From Octopus sinensis (taxonomy: Eukaryota), in the NCBI RefSeq assembly GCF_006345805.1, contig NC_043009.1:12090001-12154000 (forward strand): a stretch of 64,000 bases of DNA. The letters run 5' to 3'. Below, piece after piece: positions 39,742 to 52,500 of this stretch. The notes under the pieces are model-generated. The model saw nothing but the letters and a program-made list of their open reading frames with translations. It searched no databases and was not told where the DNA came from. How positions within the stretch are numbered: position 1 is the stretch's first letter; every line of letters begins with the position of its first letter. A program made the position numbers and the translations under genes.

Positions 39742-40309
39742 TTCGGTTGTCCGGAAAGTTTGTGCCGATTTTTAAAGGAAAGAAAAAGGTCAATATATAA
39801 ACTTGCCATTACATTTTTAATCAACCAAATATAAACCATTTTGTTGCACAATGCGTCTCCATCTTTCCTTTAACTTGAAAATACCCTCTTCCCAGAATTG
39901 AGGTGGTTCCATGGCAAAGAATTCATCAAGGTATCTTTTTACATCATCCAAGGTATTGAAATTTTTACCATTAAGACTATTCTGCAGAAACCTAAATAAG
40001 TGGAAATCCGAAGGAGCAATATCTGGTGAAGATGGAGGGTGGGGTAACGCATCCCAGCCGAGCTGCAGCAATTTTTGTCTGGTTCCCAAAGCATCAAGTG
40101 CCGAAAAGGAACTTTCTTATCTTCCATTTTAAAGGGTTACAGAATTAACACAGGTTATAAGAACATAAACCTTCTTCCACGAAAAGATAGCTTAAACTGT
40201 GCTCTAAATGGAGGTGTAGTCAAATTCTATTTTATGGACTCAACCATGTTCTAAAATAAGTCCAAATGTAAGCTACTATAAATCGGCACGAACTTTCTGG
40301 ACAACCCAA
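39742..40309 (-). mobile_element. Non-autonomous mariner element (568 bp, internally deleted)
   Basis: ~30-bp TIRs ttgggttgtcc(a/g)gaaagt..., TA flanks; transposase N-term MEDKKVPFRHLMLWE fused to C-term LGWDALPHPPSSPDIAPSDFHLF...NGLYLVD. Confidence 0.92.
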
Positions 40310-41104
40310 TATAAACAGTAGAAAGCTAGATGAAGGTCCTTATTATTAAGTCCAACCGGTGATTCCTAATTGAGTAGACCTCGGGCCGCATTAACAATGA
40401 TAACCGAAAGCGCGTGAACTCGTAGAGTAAAAATTTATCAAATTCTTCCTCGCCATCGTCAGGTCCTATCCCACTACTATATTAATTTCAACCTATTATT
40501 TTTAATTTAATTTATTTAACATTAATCAGCTGTAATGTAATATGATTTACTGACAACTAGAGCAACAGGAAAGCTTGCCAATTTTCAACAATTTTTTATT
40601 CATTAGAAACACAAAGCTGTTATACTTTACTAGGCAAGGCAGTCTGACAGTCTGATTAAAAGTACGTTTCACAATCGTGTAGCATCTTGGGCAATTATCT
40701 TCTTGCATGAATCTGGACACTGACCAAAGCCAAGTCAGTGAATCCGGAAGACGAAAACGGCTGTATAGAAGCCCGCCGTATATGGATATATACATGTGTT
40801 TCTCTGCGTGCATGCGGGTGTGTCTCTCAGTTTCTATTAGTTTCTAACTGTGCGACACCACTTTTATTTTTGATTATTTTCCTGTAACCTAGCGATTCGG
40901 CAAAAAGAGACGGAAAGAGTAAATATCCAGCTTAACTACTTGGATCTATTTGATCGACTAAACCTTTGAAGGAGGTAACCCAGTTTCACCATAGTTCAAA
41001 GACTGAGACAAGAATAGAATAAAATAATATTCTCCATGGTAAATATCAAGAAAACAGAAGCTCTTTGACGCTTATAATCCCTTGATGTCTTAATCACGTG
41101 CTTA

Positions 41105-41558
41105 TCTATATAAATAAAACGGAATTTGTGTGTATGTGTGTGTGCGCGGGCGTATTTTCCTTATGGATTCTAAAACTGAGTTTCCGATTTTGAAGTATAT
41201 GGAATCCAAAGACTCTAATCTTTCGGCTACCAAGTATGTTTTTTTGCACAACTCTTTTTCACTACGAAAATAACCTCGAAAACGAAACTGGGCCGCACAA
41301 TTTTGAGGGCTTTCGCCAACTCTGCCTGCAAAATTTTTGTCTTAGGAAAATGTTTAAAATGTTTAAAATACATGGAATGAAACTTCGAAGATATACCGTC
41401 AACTTTATTAGTAATATTTAGTAGATAATCTTGTAATATGAAGTATGTTTGTGTTTATGAAGTATGTTCGTGTGCCGATTCTGCCCATAAGAAAGGAACA
41501 AATAATACAATGTGGCTGTAGATCATAACACCCGAGCATCGCTGGGGTGCATCGCTAG
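41105..41558 (+). mobile_element. Probable non-autonomous Helitron
   Basis: A|TCTATATAAATAAAA 5' end; GC hairpin acccgagcatcgctggggt then CTAG|T 3' end; no TSD. Confidence 0.5.
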
Positions 41559-41896
41559 TGTTAGATAATGGTTAAACAGCTCATGACCTGGGCAAAGTGG
41601 TAATCTACACCCGGAAGCTCCAGCTCGGGAGCCAAGTCTTTAGGAAGAAGGGATGTACCTGTTACCATTACTCTCAGTTCCGCTCCGATCCAGGTGGGTA
41701 GTATCTGTTAAGGGTCTTAGTTATAGGACAAATAGCTAAAGATCGTCCTATGGCTAAAACACAACAATGAAATGGAAAAGAGCTGGCTCCGTAGACTTTT
41801 ATCACACAGATTGCTTTGAGTGGAAATAGTATTTATTCGCAGTTGACTCCTTTTCTTCATATTTGTCTGTTTGTCTGTCTTTTAATTCAACCATCC

Positions 41897-41931
<35 letters not shown>

Positions 41932-41992
41932 TCTCTCGCTATCTATCCATCGATCCATCCATCATTTATCTATCTATCTATCTATCTATCTA

Positions 41993-42036
<44 letters not shown>

Positions 42037-42110
42037 TTATCTATCTGTCATTCTACCTACTACCTATTTATCTATATGTGCATATGTGTATATATACACG
42101 TGTGCATTTG

Positions 42111-42161
<51 letters not shown>

Positions 42162-42443
42162 CACACATATACATACACACATCCATACATTCATGCATAC
42201 ATAAATACAAACAAACATGCATATGTTTATATTTGTATTTGAAGTGGGTATATTTGGGTTGTGGCGTGCGCGCGTGTATGGCTCTTTGCCAACTTACGAA
42301 ATTCCTATTTATTTGCTCCAATAATTATCTAGGCTCACTGATTTAAGTCTTGTGGTGAAAATTTGCGCTGAATTTTGGATATATGTCTCTGGTAGTTCTC
42401 TATTATCTCAAACGTTAAATGAACATCATGGATTCAAAGTTAA

Positions 42444-42492
<49 letters not shown>

Positions 42493-43062
42493 TATATATA
42501 TATATATACATATAATATATATATATTATATATATATTATATATATATATACATGCATATTTATATGTTTAAGGAATTGAACATCTGGGTGGAATATTCA
42601 AACAGGAAACTATGATTAAGGTGGAAATGGGTGGAGGAGGTTGGTGCAGAAAAAGGGGTGAAATGGGTGGGGGTCATTTTGTTATTGGCTGAAAGATGTG
42701 CGGCCATAATTACATTAGAGGTAGTGGCGGTGAAGGTGATGGCTGGTGGGGTTGATAGTGGAAGTGGTGTTATCTCCGGATACTCATAGGGTAGATGGGG
42801 GACTTGACACAGTTTAGATTTGTAGGTGCTGTTGTTGTTGTTGTTGTTGTTTGATCCCTAGCCAGCCCTGGTAGAGTAACCCTCTCATCGAAAGCATTTC
42901 CACCGCTTTGACCTGAATAAGTTTTTTTTTTACTTCAAAAATGGGTTATATTACCTGATGTGTTTTATCTAATTTGTAGATGATTGGGGTGGGGGGTGGA
43001 ACTTGTGGAGATTTGGCTGTTATTTCTGGGAGTGTAACCGAGAGTATAGAAACTCATGATCC

Positions 43063-43241
43063 CAAGCAGGAGTGGCTGTGTGGTAAGTAGCTTGCTTATG
43101 AACTACATGGTTCCGGGTTCATTCCCACTGCGTGGCACCTTGGGCAAGTGTCTTCTACTATAGCCTCGGGCCGACGAAAGCCTTGTGAGTGGATTTGGTA
43201 GATGGAAACTGAAAGAAACCCGCCGTATATATGTATATGTT

Positions 43242-43282
<41 letters not shown>

Positions 43283-43494
43283 TGTGTTTGTCCCCTTCAA
43301 CATCGCTTGACAACCGATGCTGGTGTGTTTACGTCCCCGTAACTTAGCGGTTCGGCAAAAAGAGACCGATAGAATAAGTACTACGCTTAGAAAGAATAAG
43401 TCCTGGAGTCGATTTGTTCGACTAAAGGCGGTGCTCCAGCATGGCCACAGTCAAATGATTGAAACAAGTAAAAGAGTAAAAGAGTAAAGAGTAA
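43063..43494 (+). mobile_element. SINE-A, full length
   Basis: Near-consensus, (AAAGAGT)n tail. Confidence 0.9.
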
Positions 43495-43723
43495 GCCCCC
43501 ATTGGCTTAATAGCAATATTCTTAATGGTAGAGAAAGTGATAATTGTAGTATCGCCATTGTTGTTGTTGTGCTGTTGCTGTTATTAACCCCAAGTCAGCC
43601 CTGATTTAGCAGACCTATGATCAAAGGCATTCCAACAATGGTCCCCTCATTTTTTTCCTCGTTATCTTGCATCTACAACTACAATGTTCTCATATACACT
43701 GTTTACATAAGTCACTGTGTCAA

Positions 43724-43812
43724 TGCCTATGGGCATAGCTTAGTGGATAAAGGCTCTGATTAATTCAGTGCAGTCACCTAGGCGTTCTGAGCTCAATCCC
43801 AGGCAAGGCAAT
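43724..43812 (+). mobile_element. tRNA-like Pol III head immediately 5' of the 43829 hammerhead
   Basis: A-box-like TAGCTTAGTGG 43736-43746, B-box-like GAGCTCAATCC 43789-43799, complementary ends tgcct..ggg/ccc.aggca. Confidence 0.5.
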
Positions 43813-43828
43813 TAGGCGAATCACAAGA

Positions 43829-43869
43829 CACCTGATGAAGGCTGGAGGTATACCAGCCGAAACGTAGTG
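43829..43869 (+). ncRNA. Minimal type I hammerhead ribozyme motif
   Basis: CAC-CTGATGA-A-GGCTGG-aggtata-CCAGCC-GAAA-CGT-A-GTG; predicted cleavage after A43866. Confidence 0.7.
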
Positions 43870-44504
43870 AAAGCAGCAATCAAGATTTGAACACCAGTCC
43901 CACCTATGTAAACAGTATTTAAGTAAAATTTGGTTGCTATTTTGAGAAGGTCAAGTGACTACGAACAGTATCCCTTGGGGGATAGTTGTCTTATTTTGCT
44001 ATTGTTGTTGTTTAACACAAGTTTAGTCTTAATGGAACAATCTATAATCAAATGCCTCCCTGTCGCGTTCATCCTGTCTTTTTAACACTTTTTTGCTCTG
44101 AGCTTGAAACCCACTAATACATTGTGCAGTGTCCTCTTTCCTAAGACCTGTGGTCTGTGATTGGAAGGAAATTTATCTACTGTTTATAGCAGACTGAACA
44201 CCACGCAGAGGTTAGTGGTGGTATTTGTGGTGGCACTGGGGGTGCTAGTGATGCTGGTGATGATGGTTTGGGTGTGGAGTGAGGGTGCGTTATAATGTGG
44301 ATCCTCGTCCACTTGCATGTTGTCAGCACTGTAATATTCTTGTCGCCACTATCATGTGGCAATATTCCGTGTTTTTTTTTTATCGTGCTATCGCTGATGA
44401 GCAGTCACGGAGAAACTCCCCCGTTGGTAGCAATGGTTATATCGGTAACAATGACATTGATCGTAATGGAGATGGTTATGCTGTAGTTAAAATAATAATA
44501 AATG

Positions 44505-44752
44505 CGCCCTTTTAAAGCCTAGCCAGGCTCATGGGCCCTGTTTCCCGGTTTCTATGACGTATGTGTTCCCCAGCTGGACGGGACGCCAGTCCATCGCAGC
44601 GTTACTCATTTTTGCCAGCTGAGTGGACTGGAGCAACGTGAAATGAAGTGTTTTGCTCAAGAACACAACGCGTCGCCCGGTCCAGGAATTGAAACCACAA
44701 TCTTACGATCATGATGCTGACACCCTAACCGCTAAGCCATGCGCCTCCACAT
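44505..44752 (-). mobile_element. SINE-D head + tail Y
   Basis: GGAGGCGCATGGCTTAGCGG head, cttgagcaaaacacttcatttcacgttgctccagtccactcagctgg core. Confidence 0.85.
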
Positions 44753-45378
44753 GCTACAGTTATGTTGACAGTAATAAAATAAATGGCTTTCCTCATCCCC
44801 TCTCCACATATTCAAACCAAAATTCCGGATGTTTTTAAATTCGGTCCTGTTTTTGCTAATGCGTAGAAGCTTTTCAAACCAATCACAGTTTTGAAATTCT
44901 AGGTTTCTTTATTTATTTATTTGTTTTGTTTTTTTGATAATTTCGAAATTCTTATTTGTCGGAAAGGTTTGAATCCGGGTGCGTGTTCGTCACCTTCGCC
45001 ACCTTCACCAAAAGGTACTTACCAAAGATACCACCATACTAGATCAAATCCAGGAACTTGTTACGCATTATTTAATATATCTTTCTGTTATTTTTAAGAT
45101 TGTAGAGTATGATTTCAGGGAGATTTGGTTTGCATTTCTAGCAGGCCGGACGGCCACGTAAAGACACGGTGCTTGTGGTTAGGATGGTATTAGTGATAGG
45201 AATGATATTGATGACGGAAAAAACGGAGAATGTTACACAAATACAAATAACATGACATAACAACAGGTGTCTTTCGACTAAGGACAAATTAAATTAAGCT
45301 GGCGTGAGTGGAAATAAAGCCTTACGCAAGGATACAAGATTTCACTGGCGCAGGGGGGACCATAGATGTTGCACGGAC

Positions 45379-45435
<57 letters not shown>

Positions 45436-45471
45436 GATAGATAGATATGTATGTGTGTGTGTATGTGTAGG

Positions 45472-45512
<41 letters not shown>

Positions 45513-45884
45513 GTGTGTGAGTGTGTGTGAGTGTGTGTGCGCGCTTGTGTTTGCCCGCTTCCCATTACCGCTTAACAATTTGTGTTGGTATGTCTACGTC
45601 TTCGAAATTTAACTGTTCGGTCCCTAAAATATGTACCAGACCTAAAAATAGGCAGTGGGAACGATTTGTTCGACTGAACCCGTAAAGGTGGCGTCCATGC
45701 ATGGCCGTAGTCCAGTGACTGAAACGAGTAAAAGAAAAAAAGGGGAAGGATATAGTTTTTAAAATTTTTTTTGTGTCATTAAAAGAAAAGAAATATATGT
45801 CGAGCTAGGTGCTTGGTGGTCACCACTACTCTCACTACAACATTTATCAGTATTCTTGCTTTCAATTTTGCTTCTCCAGTTGTA

Positions 45885-46090
45885 AGGCGGTGAGCTGGTA
45901 GAATTGTTAGCAGACTGGCAAACCTCTTAGCGCCATTTCGTCCGTTTCCTCGTTCTGAGTTCAAATTCCACTGAGGTCGACTTTGCCTTTCATCCTTTGT
46001 GGGGGATCGATAAAATGAGCACTGAGGTCAATATAATCGACTTACCACTCACTCGAAATTGCTGGCCTTGTGCCAAAATTTGAAACCAAT
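45885..46090 (+). mobile_element. SINE-B, alternative-tail form
   Basis: Ends cgaaattgctggccttgtgccaaaatttgaaacc; similar at 4090, 25320, 59255-59412; related copy 55290-55480. Confidence 0.8.
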
Positions 46091-46710
46091 ATTGTTCCTC
46101 CAATTCAGCAATGACAACGCACCAAACCTACTAGAAATAGCAGCCAAAAATTCCTCAGATTGCACTAAAACGGTAGATACCCCCTTCGGTCATGGGATTG
46201 CACCTAGAAAGTTACCCTCCGAGGCACAAGTCCCGCAAAGTTATTTAAGGAAGACCAGCTTGGCACCAATTGGATCGCAATACATTCCTACAGCTGAGTG
46301 AACTGCAACAACGCGAAAGAAAGTGTCCTACCCGAGAACCGACCACACTACACGAAGATAACGTTTCTGGTTTTCTTACACACTGATAAAAGGCGGGACT
46401 GTCATGGTTTGATGTAACGGGATTTTTATCATAGGGCTGTTAGATCGAAGCTCACCTTGGGCTGAAGTTATCACTATCAACAACTTGAAAATAGCATATC
46501 TATGCGGTAATTGACCTGCTAGAAATACAACCAAATACTCCTCAAATCACCACACACTTTTAGAAAAGGACACATTTCATAATGTTATCACAGATTCCCA
46601 ACATATAAGAAGAGACAGGATGGTCCCAAATGGGAAGCTTTTTTCTCAAACATAGCTGTTATGGGGTTAAACAAAAGCAACAACCGCGACAGCAAGAGCA
46701 GCAACAACAA

Positions 46711-47465
46711 GGAGGCGCAATGGCCCAGTGGTTAGGGCAGCGGACTCGCGGTCGGAGGATCGCGGTTTCGATTCCCAGATCGGGCGTTGTGTGTGGTTTA
46801 TTGAGCGAAAACACCTAAAGCTCCACGAGGCTCCGGCAGGGGTGGTGGCGACCCCTGTTGTACTCTTTCACCACAACTTTCTCTCACTCTTTCTTCCTGT
46901 TTCTTATCCCCGACTTCCTACGCAACCGCTGAGCCTGGATGCGCATTCATCCATCCGTCGGGGGTTGACCTGCTTTCTCTTCTGCGGGTCTTACGAATAG
47001 CAAAGGGCCACGTTTCGGACTTCTCCCATCTTGCGAGCTCTGGGACGAAGACCGTTCGCTCAACAGCAACAGCTCAACAGCAGCAACAAGGAGGCGCAGC
47101 GGACTCGCGGTCGTAGGATCGCAGTTTCGATTCCCAGACCGGGCGTTGTGTGTGTTTATTGAGCGAAAACACCTAAAGCTCCACGAGGCTCCGGTACGGT
47201 GTGGTGGCGACCCCTGTTGTACTCTTTCGCTACAACTTTCTCTCACTCTTTCTTCCTGTTTCTTGTCCCCGATTTCCTACGCAACCGCTGAGCCTGGATG
47301 CGCATTCATCCATCCGTCGATGCTCTCGGTGTCGGGGGTTGACCTGCTTTCTCTTCTGCGGGTCTTACGAATAGCAAAAGGACCACGTTTCGGACTTCTC
47401 CCACTACAGACACTCCCGAGGCGCGATCTTGCGAGCTCTGGGACGAAGACCGTTTCGCTCAACAG
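46711..47465 (+). mobile_element. Two tandem SINE-C copies with tail Z
   Basis: Copies 46711-47065 and 47090-47465, each with different microhomology-bounded deletions. Confidence 0.85.
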
Positions 47466-48829
47466 ACAGACAAATAAACAAACAAACAAACAGCAACAAC
47501 ATAAACTTCTTGTAGGAATGTCTTGCACGAAAAGTTAGAATTCCTTTTTTGTCATAACATAGACATTTATTCCATTTTCTGAACTGATTTCTGCTGACGT
47601 TTGCCATCGCTGGTGTCTTAGGAAAGGGGCTAGCGTTTCAGTTATGTTTGCGTAATTAGGGGAAGAAGGAGTGTGCACGCTTGCGCATGTGTGTGTATGT
47701 GTGTGTGTGTGTGTGTGTGTGCGTACATGTGTATACTGTCGAATATGCATGAAGAGTGTTGTGATAGAATGAAAAAATGTGTAAAGGAATGAGACAGTCT
47801 AGAAGCGTTAGAGTACGTTTGTGTTTGTGTATGTGTGTCTGTGTGTCTGTAAGAGTGTGTGTGTGTGAGTCAATAAGTGTGTGTGTGTCTGCAAGAGTGT
47901 GTGCATGTGAGTCAATAAGTGTGTGTGTGTCTGTAAGTGTAAATGTGTAACTGTAAGTGTGTGTGTATGTCTATAAGTGTATGTGTCTGTAAGTGTGTGC
48001 GTGAGTATGTGAGTGGTGGTGTGGGGGGGGGGCTGTAAGTGTGAGTGTGTGTGTCTGTAAGTGTGTGTGTGTTTGCGTGTGTGTGTGTTGTCTCCGAAGG
48101 AGAAAGAGAGTGGGGTGGGAGAGGTAGCAGCCGGAGTAAAAAGGAGCAAAAGTAAATAAATGAACGGTAAGAGAGGTGGGGTGGGGGGAATCTAAGAATC
48201 TGTGAAAGTGACAGACAGACAAAGAAATTAGACATGCAGATAGAGAGACATATAGACAGCGGGACGGATAGACAATTGTGTACATACGCGCGAACACACA
48301 CAGAGATACACACACATACACTTACAAACATGCACACACACTTACAGACACACACACACACTTACAGACACATATACACACACATACACTCACACACACA
48401 CACACACACACTCACACACACATATATATAGATACGGATATATATATATATATATATATAGGTTCATCAAAATTTAGATTCAGGTGAATATGGTACTTAA
48501 GTCAAAGGCACCAGAATTTTGTATGGTATTATCCATATAAATCTATGGGGTGATTACAATCAAAATAAGTAACAAGTATATCCGAGGTAATGTGGTACGA
48601 TCGTTTCATGCTACTTCATTTTATTAAACACTGTAAGTATTACATCAGTTTTAAAATGTCGAGCAATCTTCAGCCACTTATAGAAATTTTCCAATCAAAC
48701 GGACAATGCACATTCTTATCCCTGTAGGGATAAGAATGTGCATTGTCCGTTTGTGCATATATATAGATATATATATATATATATATATAATATATATGCA
48801 GATAGATAGAGAGAGAGAGAAAGAGAGAT

Positions 48830-48868
<39 letters not shown>

Positions 48869-48998
48869 CATACATACATACATACATACATACATACATA
48901 CATACATACATACATACATGCATAAAGGATTCAGAAATATAAAATCATAGAAGAGTAGAATGGAGTAAGTGGAGGAAGAGCATGCACGAAAACGAAAA

Positions 48999-49045
48999 TT
49001 GTCGCTGAAGAGGTCACAGATATGTGACGAAAGATTTCCGGACAA
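48999..49045 (+). ncRNA. Minimal hammerhead ribozyme motif, slightly decayed
   Basis: TTGTCG-CTGAAGA-G-GTCAC-agatat-GTGAC-GAAA-GATTT-C-CGGACAA; stem III one change from palindrome AGATCT, stem I has a 1-nt bulge. Confidence 0.55.
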
Positions 49046-49189
49046 AGGACATGAGTTAAAATAAAATAATAAAAACAGTAATAAACGAGTGAGGAACAAA
49101 TATATACTGTGTGTTTAACTGATAAAAAAAAGACACACACACACAAAGGACCATCCCGAAATACTATATGTGTATCTATATCTTACTTG

Positions 49190-49354
49190 TTTAACTTGTA
49201 TATGTGTATGTATATATGTATGCATGCATGCATGTATGTATGCATGTATGTATGTATGCATGTATGTATGTATGTATGTATGTATGTAGTAGTATGTATG
49301 TATGTAGCATGCATGCATGTATGTATGCATGTATGTATGTATGTATGTATGTAG

Positions 49355-49386
<32 letters not shown>

Positions 49387-50460
49387 GGTATGTATGATTA
49401 TGTATGTATGTATGATGTATGTGGTGGTATGTAGTCTGTATGTATGTATGTATGTATGTATGTATGTAGGGATGAGTTATGTATGTATGTATGTATGTAT
49501 GTATGCATGCAGCATGTAGTATGCATGTATGTATGTATGTATGTATGTAGGTATGTATGTATGTATGTATGTATGTATGTATGTAGGTATGTATGTATGT
49601 ATGTATGTATGTATGTATGTATGTAGGTATGTATGTATGTATGATGTATGTATGTATGTATGTAGTATGTAGTATGTATTATGTAGTATGTATGTATGTA
49701 TGTAGGTAGTATGTATGTCTGTATGTAGTATGTACGTATGTATGTATGTATTGTATGTATGTATGTATGTATGTAGGTATGTATGTATGTTGTTGTATGT
49801 ATGTATGTATGTATGTATGTATGTATGTATGTATGTATGAAGTATGTAGTATGTATGTATGTATGTATGTATGTCGTACGGTTATGCATGTAGTATGTAT
49901 GCATGTATGTATGTTGTATGTATGTATGTATGTATGTATGTATGATTGTATGTATGTATGTATGCAGTATGTATGTATGCATGCATGTAGGTATTGCATA
50001 TATGTATGCATGTATATATGATATATGCATGCATGCATGTATGTATGCATGTATGTATGCATGCATGTATGTATGTATGTATGCATGCATGTATGTATGT
50101 ATGTATGCATGCATGCATGTATGCATGCATGTATGTATGTATGCATGCATGTATGTATGTATGCATGCATGTATGTATGCATACATGTATATGTATGCAT
50201 GTATGTTTGTATGTATGTATGTATATATGTATGTATGTATGTATGCATGCATGTATGTATGCATGTATGTATGTATGCATGCATGTATGTAGGTATGCAT
50301 GCATCTATGTATGTATGTATGCATGTATGTATGTATGCATGCATGCATGTATATATGTATGTATGAATATATGTATGTATGTATATATGTATGCATGTAT
50401 GTATGTATGCATATATGTATGTATGCATGTATGTATGTATGTAGGTGGGTAGGTAGGTAG
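49190..50460. repeat. ~1.27-kb degenerate (TATG/CATG)n array
   Basis: Direct inspection. Confidence 0.95.
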
Positions 50461-50783
50461 GTAAGGTAAGTATTAAGAAACTGTAGGGTGAGCTGAACAG
50501 CAGAGGTTCTTCAGAGAAGAAACCCAAATCATGCAAGTGTCTGGCGCTTAACTCTTATACTCTGAGGCGGGGGGGGGGCAAGGTCGCATCCAGGTCATAA
50601 CTCCTGGTGCCCCCTTCGCCGTCACATTTTGTGAAACTATCTGCAATGCAACACTTCTTGGTGGTTAAGGTGCCCCAGATGCAAGGCACCTTGGTGATCT
50701 AACCAGTTCTTTTGTGGTTTCCACTCGCCCTCTGCCAAATTAAATTTGTAAAGTGATGGTCGGCCCGGGCCAATAGTAGAAGA

Positions 50784-51082
50784 GGATCTTTTCATTTTGA
50801 AAGCCAGATTTTTCAGATTTTTCTAGTTAACTAAATAATTTGAAACTTCGTATACTGGTAGAATGTGTCAAAAGAAAACAATAATTTCAACTAGTTTTTT
50901 TGACAAAAATGTATGCATCTATAATACACACACATTATAAATTACATTATAAACTTAGAAATTACAATTCCGTTTTCATTTTTGTTTACAATTATGTTTT
51001 CTTTTGACACATTCTACCAGTATACGAAGTTTCAAATTGTTTAGTTAACTAGGAAAATCTGGCCTTCAAACTGAAAAGATCC
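50784..51082. mobile_element. MITE with ~95-bp TIRs and 8-bp TSD (Merlin- or hAT-type), inserted in a SINE-A copy
   Basis: GTAGAAGA|ggatcttttc...gaaaagatcc|GTAGAAGA. Confidence 0.85.
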
Positions 51083-51272
51083 GTAGAAGACACTTGCCCA
51101 TGACGCTAGGTGGGACTGAACCCTAAAACATGTGGTTACAAAACAGGTTTCTTAACAACGCAGCCATGTCTACTAGACGTGGAAACTATATTCGATGTGT
51201 TCAACTATACTCGTCATAGCAGTGCTCCAGCATGGCTGTAGTCTAATGACTGAAACAAGTAAAAGATAAAGA

Positions 51273-51323
<51 letters not shown>

Positions 51324-51329
51324 CATACA

Positions 51330-52500
51330 AATACAGAAGTAGGAGAGAAGTGGAGTATATAGGAACAATGAGATAAAGAGACAGACATATGGACTGATGA
51401 GGAGACAAGAAGATGGGGAAACAGACAGATGGACACATGGTTAGGCAGACAGATGTACAGCGACAGCAACAGAGTTTCGAGAATAGAGATGAAGACAGAA
51501 CGAGAGAGAGAGAGAGGGAGGAGAGAGAGCGAGATACAGAATGAGAGAGAGAGAGAGAGAAGCAGAGAGAAGCAGGGAGACAGAAAGACTAACAAAAATT
51601 GGGTGTGATGAAAAACGGATAGATATTTAAGTAGAATAATTAATGAAGTGTTGAGAGAAAGGGGCAGGAAGAGAAAAGGGGGTAGAGAAAGTGAGAAAGA
51701 GGAAGGAGAGGGTGTGAAGCATAAAAAAGGCAGAAGAGAGAACAAAGAAGAAACAAGAGAAAGCAACAAATGTGCAAGAAAGAATATAAAATCTCAAAGC
51801 AGACAGAGAGAGAGAAAGAGAAGACGGACATATTGATGTGCAGACGGACAATGTGACATAGAGAGAAAAGGAAAGAGGAGTAGAAAGAGAAGCAAATAGA
51901 AAGAAAGGCATAAAGATAAGAATAAGAAAGGAAGCAAAGATTGAGAGAGGAGTAGAGGAAAAAAGTTAAACTAGAGAGATATCTACCGATCTCGCTAACA
52001 AAAGAAATATGGATAGAAAAAAGAGAAAAAAGCGTGATGAAATGAAAAAAAGAGGAAAAAGAACGAAGGAAAAGAAAATAAGTGTAATACAGAATGTAGG
52101 AAGGAAAGGAGGGAAGAAAAGAAGAAAGAGAATCATAAAGCCAGAGAGAAAAAAAAACATAAGAATAAAGAAAACAATACAAGAAATAAAGAATTATATT
52201 ATTAAAAAAATAAAGAAACAAAAATTGAAAGTGGATGGTGGAGAAGATGGAGAGAAAGAAGTGGCGAATAAGCAATCAACGTGAAAGAGGAAAAAATAAA
52301 GAGACAGAAGTTGAAATGGCAAGTTTATGGTGAAATAAATACGGCATGATATGGAAGGAGAAAGTATAGAGGAAATAAGAGAGGACCTAAGTAAGGGACG
52401 TAACCAGTGAGTTTAAATAGTTTAAAGTGGAGAAATACGATATGCGATGGAATGGGGAAGGAAAAGTGTATAAGCGAGAGGGAAGAGAGAAGGATATGAT
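51330..52500. repeat. ~1.2-kb purine-rich (GA/AAAG) low-complexity tract
   Basis: Strong strand asymmetry. Confidence 0.85.

Noticed and set aside
46711-46790. SINE heads as tRNA genes
   Set aside because: A/B boxes are present but there is no intact cloverleaf, and each runs into a multicopy SINE body
49398-52284. ORFs up to 332 aa
   Set aside because: TATG array and GA-rich low-complexity sequence
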